Below, piece after piece: positions 18,121 through 26,810 of a stretch of 50,565 bases of DNA. The stretch comes from Betaproteobacteria bacterium. GTDB taxonomy: Bacteria > Pseudomonadota > Gammaproteobacteria > Burkholderiales > SG8-41. The notes under the pieces were generated by a model. The model was given only the letters and a program-made list of their open reading frames with translations, ran no database searches and had not been told where the DNA came from. The translations under genes were made by a program, and so were the position numbers. The stretch is from the NCBI GenBank assembly GCA_052386775.1, contig JBQTJV010000041.1, forward strand, positions 1-50,565, read 5' to 3'. Position 1 is the first letter of the stretch, and every line of letters starts with the position of its first letter.

Positions 18121-18678
18121 ATGACCGAAGCAATCAAACCCATCCGGCGGGTCGTCACCGGAAACGACGCGCAGGGACGTTCGCGCGTGCTCTACGACAG
18201 CGCGGCGCCGAACGTGAACGCCAACGCGTTCAAGAAGGGCACCGGCATGACCGATGTCTGGGTGTTCCACAGTTGTCCCGCGGTCATCTCCGGCGAGCGC
18301 GACGACGGCAACCTGCCGTTCCACTTCGAACCGCCGGCTGCGGGCGGCCATCTGCGCATCGTTCAGTCGGACCCGAAACCCAAGGACTACGATCCTGCGC
18401 AGGACAAGTACCTGGTGCCCGAGCACCCGCCGAAGAAGACCGAAGGCGGAACCTGGGAGCGCGGCGGGCAGAACCTTTACACCACGCGCATCCACAAGTC
18501 GGAAACGCTGGACTACGGAATACTGCTGTCGGGCGAGCGCATCCTCATGACCGATGATGGTCAGCGCGTACTCAAGCCCGGCGACTGCGTGGTGCAGATC
18601 GGCAGCTGGCACGCCTGGGCGAATCCGAATGAGAGCCAGATGGCGTTCGTGATGATGGGCGCCAAATTCGACGAATGA
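18121..18678 (+). CDS. Cupin domain protein
   Basis: C-terminal cupin motif LKPGDCVVQIGSWHAWANP. The N-terminal IRRVVTGNDAQGRS is shared with the cupins at 18928 and 35403. ATG is preceded by GGAGGA. Confidence 0.75.
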   Translation: MTEAIKPIRRVVTGNDAQGRSRVLYDSAAPNVNANAFKKGTGMTDVWVFHSCPAVISGERDDGNLPFHFEPPAAGGHLRIVQSDPKPKDYDPAQDKYLVPEHPPKKTEGGTWERGGQNLYTTRIHKSETLDYGILLSGERILMTDDGQRVLKPGDCVVQIGSWHAWANPNESQMAFVMMGAKFDE

Positions 18679-18681
18679 CGG

Positions 18682-18773
18682 GTAGGTTGGGTTGAAGCAG
18701 TGCGAAACCCAACACGCTGCGAGGAGTTGTGAAGATCTGATCGTTGGGCATCACTTCGTTCAGCCCAACCTAC
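18682..18773. repeat. REP-like palindromic unit (type A)
   Basis: Outer inverted repeat GTAGGTTGGGTTGAA (18682-18696) and TTCAGCCCAACCTAC (18759-18773), 14/15 complementary. Two internal hairpins: GTTGGGTT/AACCCAAC (18687-18713) and GTTGGGC/GCCCAAC (18743-18769). Confidence 0.6.
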
Positions 18774-18779
18774 GACGCT

Positions 18780-18882
18780 GTCCTGAGCAATGCCGAAGGG
18801 CTCAGGGCGAATGGGCATCTCAGGGCGAACGGGCATGTTAGCGAGGGCTCATGACGAACAGTCACTTTCCGTTCGTGCTGAG
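18780..18882. repeat. REP-like palindromic unit (type B)
   Basis: Tandem 18-mers CTCAGGGCGAATGGGCAT and CTCAGGGCGAACGGGCAT (18801-18836, 17/18 identical). Inverted partner CCGTTCGTGCTGAG at 18869-18882 (12/14). Small stem CCTGAGC/GCTCAGG (18782-18806). Related to the unit at 29736-29820. Confidence 0.6.
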
Positions 18883-18927
18883 TTCATCGAAGCATGAACG
18901 GCCGGAAACAGATAAAAGGAAACTGAA

Positions 18928-19476
18928 ATGAGCGAACAATCAAGGGCGGTGCGCAGAATCGTGGTCGTGGACGAAAACGACCGCTCCAAATGCATCGCAG
19001 ACGGTCCGTCGGCCGATGTCCGCACCGATCCGGCGCGCCCCGGCTTCGCTTCGACGCGCATCTGGGTCACCGACCGCACGCCCGCCCGCCTCAAGGGCGT
19101 GCGCGAATCGCTGTACATGCCGCACACGCTGGAGCCGCCGCCGGGCGGCTCGGTGTGCCGCGTGGTCACCTTCCCGCCCGACGACGCCTATATAGGCAAG
19201 GTCGGCGCAAGGGAAGTGCAGGCGTATTTTGCCGCGATGGGCTCGCCGGGCGCGTCGACATATTCGCCGAAGGCGCCGCATCCCTACATGCAGAAGACCC
19301 GCACGCACGATTTCTGTCTCGTGCTCGACGGCGAGATCACGCTGGTGCTCGACACCGAGGAAGTGCACCTCAAGGCCGGCGATACGGTCGTGCAGCGCGG
19401 TACCAACCACGCCTGGAGCAACCGCTCAGGCAAGCCGTGCACGATCGCGTTTTCGTCGCACGACGGCAGGTGGTGA
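18928..19476 (+). CDS. Cupin domain protein (paralog of 35403-35981)
   Basis: HDFCLVLDGEITLVLDTEEVHLKAGDTVVQRGTNHAWSNRSGKP closely matches the 35403 gene. ATG is preceded by AAAGGA. Confidence 0.8.
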   Translation: MSEQSRAVRRIVVVDENDRSKCIADGPSADVRTDPARPGFASTRIWVTDRTPARLKGVRESLYMPHTLEPPPGGSVCRVVTFPPDDAYIGKVGAREVQAYFAAMGSPGASTYSPKAPHPYMQKTRTHDFCLVLDGEITLVLDTEEVHLKAGDTVVQRGTNHAWSNRSGKPCTIAFSSHDGRW

Positions 19477-19559
19477 CCAATGACGTGCGATGCGCGCAAT
19501 GCAGGCGGGGCGGTGGAGTAAACTGACCCGGCCAACAATCGCGACGAAGGAGGAGAGAG

Positions 19560-20522
19560 ATGAAGACCGGATCGCCGCTCGCCGCCCTCGCGCTTGCATT
19601 TTCGTGTCTGCTGTACAGTGTCGTTGCATCGGCACAGCAGTTCCCGGCCAGGCCCATACGCTTCATCATCGGCCCCGCCCCCGACGTGCTGGCGCGGCTG
19701 GTGGGACAGAAACTTTCGGACACCTGGGGCCAGCAGGTGGTGGTCGATCAGCGGCCCGGCGCCGGTGGCATACTCGCCGGGGAGACGGTGGCGAAGGCGG
19801 CCTCGGACGGCCACACGTGGCTGCTCAGCACGGGCGCCTATACCGTTCTGGTGGGCCTGTACCGAAAACTGCCGTTCGATTTCGAACACGATCTGACGCC
19901 TGTCAGCCTGCTCGCGACGATTCCGTTCCTGCTGGTCGCGCATCCGTCGCTGCCGGCAAGATCCGGGAAGGAGCTGATCAAGCTTTCTCGCGCGCGTCCC
20001 GGCGAAATCAACTTCGCGTCCGGCGGGACCGGCACTACGTCGCACCTCGCCGGTGAGATGTTCAAGAACATGGCGAAGATCAAGATCGTGCACGTCCCTT
20101 ACAAGAGCGTTCCCGTCAGTCTGGTGGGCGTGATCAGCGGCGAGGCGCACGTGACCTTCGCCGTCATGCAGGCGGGTTACCCGAATGTAAGAGCAGGGAA
20201 ACTGCGGGCGCTCGGAGTCACTTCCGCCAGGCGATCGCCGTCCGCGCCGGACATTCCCACCATCTCCGAATCCGGTGTTCCGGGGTACGAATTCATTTCC
20301 TGGAACGCCGTGCACGTGCCGGCGGGGACGCCGAAGCCGATCATCGGCAGGATACATGCGGAACTCGTGAAGGTGGTCGGCCTGCCGGACGTGAAGGAAA
20401 AAATGTTCGCGCTCGGGATGGAGGTCGCCGGCAGCACGCCGGACGAACTCGGCGCCCTGGTCAAATCGGATATCGCGAAGTGGGGCAAAGTCATCAAGGA
20501 GGCGGGGGTGCGCGTTGAGTGA
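19560..20522 (+). CDS. Bug family (TctC-like) substrate-binding protein
   Basis: Signal peptide, then FPARPIRFIIGPAPD, VDQRPGAGG, SDGHTWLL, HVPYKS. ATG is preceded by AAGGAGGAG. Confidence 0.88.
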   Translation: MKTGSPLAALALAFSCLLYSVVASAQQFPARPIRFIIGPAPDVLARLVGQKLSDTWGQQVVVDQRPGAGGILAGETVAKAASDGHTWLLSTGAYTVLVGLYRKLPFDFEHDLTPVSLLATIPFLLVAHPSLPARSGKELIKLSRARPGEINFASGGTGTTSHLAGEMFKNMAKIKIVHVPYKSVPVSLVGVISGEAHVTFAVMQAGYPNVRAGKLRALGVTSARRSPSAPDIPTISESGVPGYEFISWNAVHVPAGTPKPIIGRIHAELVKVVGLPDVKEKMFALGMEVAGSTPDELGALVKSDIAKWGKVIKEAGVRVE

Positions 20523-21255
20523 GCAGGATCGGGCCTACTGGATTTCCTGGTACAACCTGCCTGAGCTGAATCGTGACGCCTACTTCGATTGGCTGCACGA
20601 AAAGTACATGCCGATGGTCGTGGGCCGTCCGGGCGTGCTGTGGGGCGCGCATTATGCGTCCGAGGAAAACGTCGTCCCGCTCGGTGGCGGCAAAGGACGC
20701 GTCAGCCACGTCAAGCCGGAATCGGTGCCTGCGGGCGATCGCTACATCGTGATCTTCGGCGGTGAGTCGGCGCATGCGTTTGCCAATCCGGCGCCGCAGC
20801 GCTTGCACGCCGAATTGCCGGAGACCGGTCGCAGGATGCTCGCGATGCGCATCGGCGAGCGGATGAACGTCATGCTGGAGGAGGCGCGCGTTTACGGCCC
20901 GGAGAAGCCGGACCACGGTATCGCGCCGAGCCCGTGCATACAGCTCGGAAGCTTCAATTCCGGCTCGCTTGAAGAGGAAGATGAAATGCTGACCTGGTAT
21001 GCGCGCTGGCGGCTGCCTTCGATGCGGGACGTTCCCGGCTGCGTGCGGGTGCGCAAGCTGGTGTCGGTGTCGGGGTGGGCCAAGCACGCCTGCTTCTACG
21101 AGTTCACATCGCTCGCGGCGCGCAACGCGCATTTCGTGCACTACGAGCGATCCCATCCCGAAATGGAAGCGTGGTCCAAGCGGGTGGTGAAAAACACGAT
21201 CCACGCACCGGGCTCCGCCAACGTCGCGCGCAGGGTAAAGCTGGAGGTGAAATGA
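20515..21255 (+). CDS. Hypothetical protein with two internally similar halves (possibly ferredoxin-like/EthD-type repeats)
   Basis: TTG start overlaps the upstream Bug stop by 8 nt, and its stop overlaps the next Bug ATG (ATGA). The two halves share W-x5-P-x5-PG spacing: DWLHEKYMPMVVGRPGVL and TWYARWRLPSMRDVPGCV. I recognise no named family. Confidence 0.6.
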   Translation: MSEQDRAYWISWYNLPELNRDAYFDWLHEKYMPMVVGRPGVLWGAHYASEENVVPLGGGKGRVSHVKPESVPAGDRYIVIFGGESAHAFANPAPQRLHAELPETGRRMLAMRIGERMNVMLEEARVYGPEKPDHGIAPSPCIQLGSFNSGSLEEEDEMLTWYARWRLPSMRDVPGCVRVRKLVSVSGWAKHACFYEFTSLAARNAHFVHYERSHPEMEAWSKRVVKNTIHAPGSANVARRVKLEVK

Positions 21256-22232
21256 ATCGGAAACTTCGTGTGGGCATGGCGGCAGCGATCGCAGCCGCGC
21301 TCTCCATGGGCCAGGCGGTGGCGCAATCGAAGGATGCTTCGTATCCGACCCGGCCGATCCGCATGATCGTCGCATCCGGTGCGGGCGGCGGCCTCGATTT
21401 CGTGGGGCGACTGGTATCGCCGAAGATCACCGAAAGCGTGGGCCAGCAGGTCGTCGTGGACAATCGGGCCGGGGCGAGCGGCAGCATCGCGGCGGAACTG
21501 GCGGCGAACGCAACGCCGGACGGCTACACCGTGATGCTGATGAGCGCGAGCCTGGTCGTCTACGGCATCGTCAGCAAGACCCGCTACGATCTGTATCGCG
21601 ATTTCGCGCCGATATCGCAGGTCGCAGCAGCGCCGTACATCCTGACCGTTAATCCGGGGCTGCCGGTCAACTCCGTGAAGGAATTGATCGCCCATGCGAA
21701 GAAATCATCCACCAAGCTCAACTACGCGTCCACCGGCAACGCATCCTTCGCGCATCTTGCGACCGAACTGTTTGCCCATACGGCCGGCATCCAGCTTGTG
21801 CATGTTCCCTACAAGGGCGTGGGCGCGGCGCTGCCCGACATGCTTTCCGGGCAGATACAGCTCAGCCTGCTCAGCGTGGGGTCGGTCTATTCGCACGTGC
21901 GCTCCGGCAAGCTCAAGGCGCTCGCGATTGCCACGCGCACCCGCGCGAAGGTGGCGCCCCAACTGCCGACCATGATCGAGGCCGGCGTTCCGAACTTCGT
22001 GGTGACCCAGTGGCACGGACTGCTCGCGCCGCGCGCCACGCCGCGCGCGGTCGTCGAGCGGCTGCACCGCGAGGTGGCCGCCGCGGTGAATCACCCTGAT
22101 GTTGCGTCGCGGTTTGCAGTCGATGGAACGGAAGGCATCGGCAGTTCGCCCGCCCAGTTTGCCGAGCATCTGAGGAACGAACGCGATCAGTGGGCTAAGG
22201 TCGTGAAACTCGCGAATGTCCGGACGGAGTGA
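21252..22232 (+). CDS. Bug family (TctC-like) substrate-binding protein
   Basis: MNRKLRVGMAAAIAAALSMGQAVAQS signal, then YPTRPIRMIVASGAGGGLD, VDNRAGASGS, PDGYTVML, HVPYKG. Confidence 0.88.
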   Translation: MNRKLRVGMAAAIAAALSMGQAVAQSKDASYPTRPIRMIVASGAGGGLDFVGRLVSPKITESVGQQVVVDNRAGASGSIAAELAANATPDGYTVMLMSASLVVYGIVSKTRYDLYRDFAPISQVAAAPYILTVNPGLPVNSVKELIAHAKKSSTKLNYASTGNASFAHLATELFAHTAGIQLVHVPYKGVGAALPDMLSGQIQLSLLSVGSVYSHVRSGKLKALAIATRTRAKVAPQLPTMIEAGVPNFVVTQWHGLLAPRATPRAVVERLHREVAAAVNHPDVASRFAVDGTEGIGSSPAQFAEHLRNERDQWAKVVKLANVRTE

Positions 22233-22234
22233 TC

Positions 22235-22897
22235 ATGACCATCGAGATCGTGCGCCGTGCCGAAATACCGTGGGAAGACCGCAAGAACGTCGACGGCTGG
22301 CCGAGCCGCGCCGGCATGTATTGCGACGATCGGGCGAACCAGCTCTGCATGCGGTTGATCGACTATCCGGTCGGCTCCACCGAACCGCGCCACGTGCATG
22401 GCGGCGCGCATGCGACGACCGTGCTCAAGGGCCGCGCCATCGTCGATGGCCTGACGCTGGGGCCGCTGGACGTCGTGCTCGGCCCGAGCAACGAGCCGCA
22501 CGGTCCGTTGCACTATCCGGAGGGCTGCCAGCTCTTCAGTGTCTTCCACGGCAGCTACTATCACAGCGAGATCGAAAACCTTTCCGCCGAGAAGCACTAC
22601 CGGCTCATCCAGTCCGGTCCGATGCCGTGGGCACGCGCGGATGGCTATGAGAGCAAAACGCTGGTGGCTCGCGGCGTCGGCCCGCTGCTGCTGCGCGCTT
22701 TGAAATTTCAGCCCGGCGCGCAGATCGCCGAGACTGCGCCTTTACCGTTTTATGCAGCGCTCGTCATCGATGGCGAAGCGGCTATCGGCGAAGAGAAGCT
22801 CGGTGACTGGGATTTCATGCGGGTGACGGGCCGCGGCGCACGCGAGACGATCCGCTTTCCGCACGGCGCCACGCTCCTCGCCGTGTCCCTGCAATGA
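22235..22897 (+). CDS. Cupin domain protein (two-domain, ChrR-like cupin)
   Basis: RLIDYPVGSTEPRHVHGGAHATTVLKG is a cupin metal motif, and the C-terminal half looks like a second beta-barrel. ATG 22235 is 3 nt after the Bug stop. Confidence 0.65.
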   Translation: MTIEIVRRAEIPWEDRKNVDGWPSRAGMYCDDRANQLCMRLIDYPVGSTEPRHVHGGAHATTVLKGRAIVDGLTLGPLDVVLGPSNEPHGPLHYPEGCQLFSVFHGSYYHSEIENLSAEKHYRLIQSGPMPWARADGYESKTLVARGVGPLLLRALKFQPGAQIAETAPLPFYAALVIDGEAAIGEEKLGDWDFMRVTGRGARETIRFPHGATLLAVSLQ

Positions 22898-22952
22898 GGG
22901 TGACAGGGTTCGCTCCCGCGCAACATGCGGGGAAGGGTCAGGGAAGAGGCAC

Positions 22953-24194
22953 GTGAAAGACGCGACGCTTGGCGCGTACGACATCGCGGACCTGCGCGAG
23001 ATGGCGCGCCGCCGGCTGCCGAAAGGCATCTTCGAATTCATGGACCGCGGCAATGGCGATGAGGTGGCGCTCGCCAACAATCGCGCCGCCTTCGAGCGTT
23101 ACAAGTTGAGCCCCCGCATGCTGGTCGATACCTCGCATCGCACGCAGGAGATCACGCTCTTCGGCCGCAAGCAGGCGATGCCGATCGCGATCGCGCCGAC
23201 CGGCTCCGCGGGCCTCACCTGGTATCAGGGTGAGATCGCGCTCGCGCGCGCGGCACGGGAGGCGGGCATTCCGTTCGCGCTCGCCACCGGCTCGATGACG
23301 GCGCTCGAGAAGGTGGCGGAGGAGGCGGGGGGGACGCTGTGGTTTCAGGTGTACATGTGGCCCGACCGCTCGCTGTCGCACCGTCTGATCGAGCGCGCGA
23401 AGGCGGCGGGCTACCAGGCGCTCATCGTCACCGTCGATACGCCGGTCACGCCGGGGCGCGAATACAACCTGCGCAACGGCGTCACCATCCCATTCCGGTT
23501 CACGCGGCGCAATGTGACCGACGTGCTGATGCATCCCCGCTGGGTCGTGAACGTGCTCCTGCGCTATCTCGTGACGAGCGGCATGCCGCGCTACGAAAAC
23601 TATCCGACCGAGATGAAGCAGCGGATCACCGCGCTGCCGATGGGCCGCTCCATGATGGTGACCGATTCGCTGACCTGGGAGGACCTGCGGGCGCTGCGTA
23701 AACTCTGGCCGCATCCGCTCATGGTGAAGGGCATACTGCGCGCCGACGATGCGCTGCGCGCGGCGGACTGCGGTGCCGATGGCGTCATCGTCTCCAACCA
23801 CGGCGGGCGTGCGGTGGACAGTACCATGGCGCCGATCGCGCTCTTGCCGCGCATTGTGGACGCGGTCGGCAAGCGCCTGACCATCATCGTGGACAGCGGC
23901 TTCAGGCGCGGTGCCGATGTGGTCAAGGGACTCGCGCTCGGCGCGAAAGCGGTGCTGATCGGCCGCGCCACGATTTACGGTACTGCGGTCGCGGGTCAGG
24001 CGGGCGCCGCGCGCGCGATCGAGATCTACCGCGACGAGATCGACCGGCTGATGGCGCTGATCGGCTGCCGCAGCATAACCGAGCTGGATCACGACTTTCT
24101 GGTGTTCCCGGCGGGCCTGGATGCGGACACGCAGCAAAACGCAAGCCTGCCCGAGCCGCAGATGTTGAACCACCACAGCGCCCGGGCCGATTAA
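22953..24194 (+). CDS. FMN-dependent alpha-hydroxy acid dehydrogenase/oxidase family protein (LldD/mandelate dehydrogenase-like)
   Basis: N-terminal ADLREMARRRLPKGIFEFMDRG, then PIAIAPTG and VSNHGGRAVDS, which are hallmark motifs of the family. GTG start. Confidence 0.85.
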   Translation: MKDATLGAYDIADLREMARRRLPKGIFEFMDRGNGDEVALANNRAAFERYKLSPRMLVDTSHRTQEITLFGRKQAMPIAIAPTGSAGLTWYQGEIALARAAREAGIPFALATGSMTALEKVAEEAGGTLWFQVYMWPDRSLSHRLIERAKAAGYQALIVTVDTPVTPGREYNLRNGVTIPFRFTRRNVTDVLMHPRWVVNVLLRYLVTSGMPRYENYPTEMKQRITALPMGRSMMVTDSLTWEDLRALRKLWPHPLMVKGILRADDALRAADCGADGVIVSNHGGRAVDSTMAPIALLPRIVDAVGKRLTIIVDSGFRRGADVVKGLALGAKAVLIGRATIYGTAVAGQAGAARAIEIYRDEIDRLMALIGCRSITELDHDFLVFPAGLDADTQQNASLPEPQMLNHHSARAD

Positions 24195-24200
24195 GCGTGA

Positions 24201-24839
24201 CTAAAGCTGCGGCGGTGCGGGAATCTGCAGGCTCACCAGAGCCTTTCTCAAGTCAGGGACCGAGGTAATGTGAAAAGCAGCCAGCCCGGCCAGCCGCGCG
24301 CCTTGCACATTTTCGGGGAGGTCGTCGAAGAATGCGATCCGGGACGGGCTGACTCTCATCTTCCCGGCGACTTTCGTGAACGCAGCAGGAGCGGGCTTGC
24401 GCGCGCCGATCTCATGCGAGCAGAAGATGCCGGAGAAATTCTCCAGCAGACTGCGATATTCGGCGCTCCAGTAGGCGTGGTGCGCCGCGTTGGTGTTGGA
24501 GTAGAGATAGAGCGGCATGGAAGCCGCCAGCGCCGGCAGCAGCCGTTCCATGCCGTCGCGAGGCTGCACGAATATCGCGTTCCAGCCCGCGAGGAAATCG
24601 TCGAACGACAGGTTCACCGCCAGGCGCCCGCACAGATGGGCATGGTATTGAGCGGCTTCCATTTCACCCAGTTCGTGGGCTTCGTAGGCGGGGTCGAAGG
24701 CGAAGCGCCGCGCGATCGCGGCGGCCGGGATGCCCGCCGCGCGAGCCCACGCTTCGAAGGCGCGGTGGAAATCGATGTCGACGACGATATTGCCGAAATC
24801 GAAAAGCAACGCGTCGACCAAAGGCGTCGGGGCAGTCAC
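24201..24839 (-). CDS. HAD family hydrolase (subfamily IA-like)
   Basis: Motif I region ALLFDFGNIVVD and C-terminal FFDDLPENV (motif IV). Convergent with the preceding gene. Confidence 0.75.
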   Translation of the reverse strand: MTAPTPLVDALLFDFGNIVVDIDFHRAFEAWARAAGIPAAAIARRFAFDPAYEAHELGEMEAAQYHAHLCGRLAVNLSFDDFLAGWNAIFVQPRDGMERLLPALAASMPLYLYSNTNAAHHAYWSAEYRSLLENFSGIFCSHEIGARKPAPAAFTKVAGKMRVSPSRIAFFDDLPENVQGARLAGLAAFHITSVPDLRKALVSLQIPAPPQL

Positions 24840-25033
24840 GCCGCTACGTTAACCAGTAACCGGGGGCGAGGCAATTCGAAAGCGGCGCGCGCCGGTCCGC
24901 ATTGTGAAAGCACTTCGTTGAAGTCGCCGCCGCGCTTTGCTAGCATCCACCGGACATCGACCGCAGCGCGTTTCGCAGCCCGGCACCGTCACCCGCGTTC
25001 TCGCACCTGCTCGATCCTGGGAGGAGTCATTTA

Positions 25034-26713
25034 ATGCCGAAGACGACCGGCCCGCGCTTTGTCGCCGACGCACTGCGCGGCTATGGCGTGACGCACATCT
25101 TCTTCGTGCCGCAGATGCTGCTCGAGACTCTCACGTCGATGGAGGGAATGGGCATCCGGCGCGTCATGACGCACGGCGAGAAGGCCGCCGCCTACATGGC
25201 AGATGGTTACGCGCGCGCGAGCGGCAAGCCGGGCGTCTGCATGGCCCAGCACGTGGGCGGATCGAATCTCGCCGCCGGACTCAAGGATGCGTTTCTCGCG
25301 TGCTCGCCGGTCATCGCCTTGACAGGCGGCCCCGCGCCTCTTGCCCGGCACCGTCATGCGTACCAGGAACTGGAAGACTTCACGCAGTTCGAGCACACCA
25401 CCAAGTTCAATGCGACCGTCGGCCACATCGCGCGGCTGCCCGACATGCTGCGCCAGGCGTTTCGCGAGGCGACGACCGGATGTCCCGGCCCCGTGCATCT
25501 CCAGATCGCCGGCCACCACGCGGAATCGGTGATGACCGAAGGCGAGCTCGAACTCATCATCGAAGAACAGCATCAACGGGTGCCCGCGTATCGGCCGGCC
25601 GCCGATCCGGCTCAGGTCACCGAAGCGCTGCGCGGTTTGCGCGCGGCGGAACGCCCCGTGATCGTCGCGGGTGGCGGGGTGGCCTGGTCGGGCGCGCAGG
25701 CGGAAGTCGTGGCGCTCGCAGAAAAACTCCAGATTCCGGTCGCGACTTCGCTCAACGCCAAGGGCACCATTGCGGACACGCATCCGCTTGCGGTGGGCGT
25801 GGTCGGCACGTATTCGCGGGCCTGCGCCAATCGCACGGTGGGCGAGTCGGACCTGGTTTTCTATATCGGCAGCCACACCGGCGGCCAGGTCACTGCGCGC
25901 TGGCAGGTGCCGCGACCGGGAAAACCGGTGATTCATCTCGACATCGATGCGCGCGAGATCGGACGCAACTACCCGACCAGGGTGGGATTGCTGGGAGATG
26001 CGCGCACCGTATTGCAGCAGATGATCGAGGCGGCGGGAAAGGTGACGGTGGCGGACCGCTCGGCGTGGCTGACGCGCGTTCGCGGCCTGGTGCAGGAGTG
26101 GCGCGACGCGGTTGCGGCAAACGTCAATGCCGATGCGGTCCCCATGCGTCCCGAGCGCGTATGCCGCGAAATCTCGCGCGCGCTGCCCGCAGGCGGCGTG
26201 CTGGTGTGCGACACGGGCCACTCGGGCATCTGGTGCGGCGCGATGGTGGATTTCACCCGACCGCGCCAGCGGCTCATCCGCTGTGCCGGTTCGCTCGGCT
26301 GGGCGTTTCCGGGTGCGCTGGGCGTGAAGTGCGCATCGCCCGATACGCCGGTCGTCTCCTTTTCCGGAGACGGCGGGTTCTACTATCACCTCGCCGAACT
26401 GGAAACCGCTGCGCGCTATGGCATCAATCTCGTGGCCATCGTGAACAACAACGGTGCGCTGAATCAGGAGATCCCGCATTTCGACAAGGCCTATGGCGGC
26501 GATCCCGACGAGCGCGGGCGGGAGATGTGGGGCTTTACGCCGGTCAACTTCGCGACGGTGGCGGAGTCGCTGGGCTGCGTGGGCATGCGCGTGGAGCGGC
26601 CGGATCAAATCGGGCCTGCCATCGAAAAAGCGTTGAAGGCGAACAAACCCGTCGTGATCGACATCGTGACGGACCACCGCGCGTTTTCGCCGAGGACATG
26701 GACTGGAAATTGA
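25034..26713 (+). CDS. Thiamine diphosphate-dependent enzyme (acetolactate synthase-like family), paralog 2
   Basis: MPKTTGPRFVADALRGYGVTHIFFVP, HGEKAAAYMADGYARASGKPGVCM, GDGGFYYH. ATG is preceded by GGAGGAG. Confidence 0.88.
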   Translation: MPKTTGPRFVADALRGYGVTHIFFVPQMLLETLTSMEGMGIRRVMTHGEKAAAYMADGYARASGKPGVCMAQHVGGSNLAAGLKDAFLACSPVIALTGGPAPLARHRHAYQELEDFTQFEHTTKFNATVGHIARLPDMLRQAFREATTGCPGPVHLQIAGHHAESVMTEGELELIIEEQHQRVPAYRPAADPAQVTEALRGLRAAERPVIVAGGGVAWSGAQAEVVALAEKLQIPVATSLNAKGTIADTHPLAVGVVGTYSRACANRTVGESDLVFYIGSHTGGQVTARWQVPRPGKPVIHLDIDAREIGRNYPTRVGLLGDARTVLQQMIEAAGKVTVADRSAWLTRVRGLVQEWRDAVAANVNADAVPMRPERVCREISRALPAGGVLVCDTGHSGIWCGAMVDFTRPRQRLIRCAGSLGWAFPGALGVKCASPDTPVVSFSGDGGFYYHLAELETAARYGINLVAIVNNNGALNQEIPHFDKAYGGDPDERGREMWGFTPVNFATVAESLGCVGMRVERPDQIGPAIEKALKANKPVVIDIVTDHRAFSPRTWTGN

Positions 26714-26810
26714 TGCGCCCCGACTGCGCCCCTCCCCCGCATCTTGCGAGGGAGGCGAGGTTTGTGGCGCAAGAAGAACGTTTGCGCAAGCTTCAATGAA
26801 GGAGTGAGCT

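Noticed and set aside
16380-18158. Long minus-strand ORFs opposite each ThDP gene (also 25031-26947 and 30248-31621)
   Set aside because: Each mirrors a strongly supported plus-strand ThDP enzyme gene, has no family motifs and is Arg/His-rich. These are antisense artefacts of GC-rich codon bias.
18561-18836. 91-aa minus-strand ORF in the cupin-cupin spacer
   Set aside because: It is entirely the translation of REP-like palindromic units (VGWAERSDAQ, RVGFRTASTQPT) and is not a plausible protein.
18801-18836. Possible CRISPR-like short tandem repeats (also the 9-mers at 6975-7003)
   Set aside because: There are only two to four directly abutting units with no spacers and no cas genes. They are components of palindromic REP/MITE-type elements.
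24937-26799. 620-aa plus-strand ORF overlapping ThDP paralog 2 in another frame
   Set aside because: The composition is extremely Arg/Gly/Ala-rich (RRRR and GRG runs). The alternative frame (25034-26713) encodes a complete ThDP enzyme.
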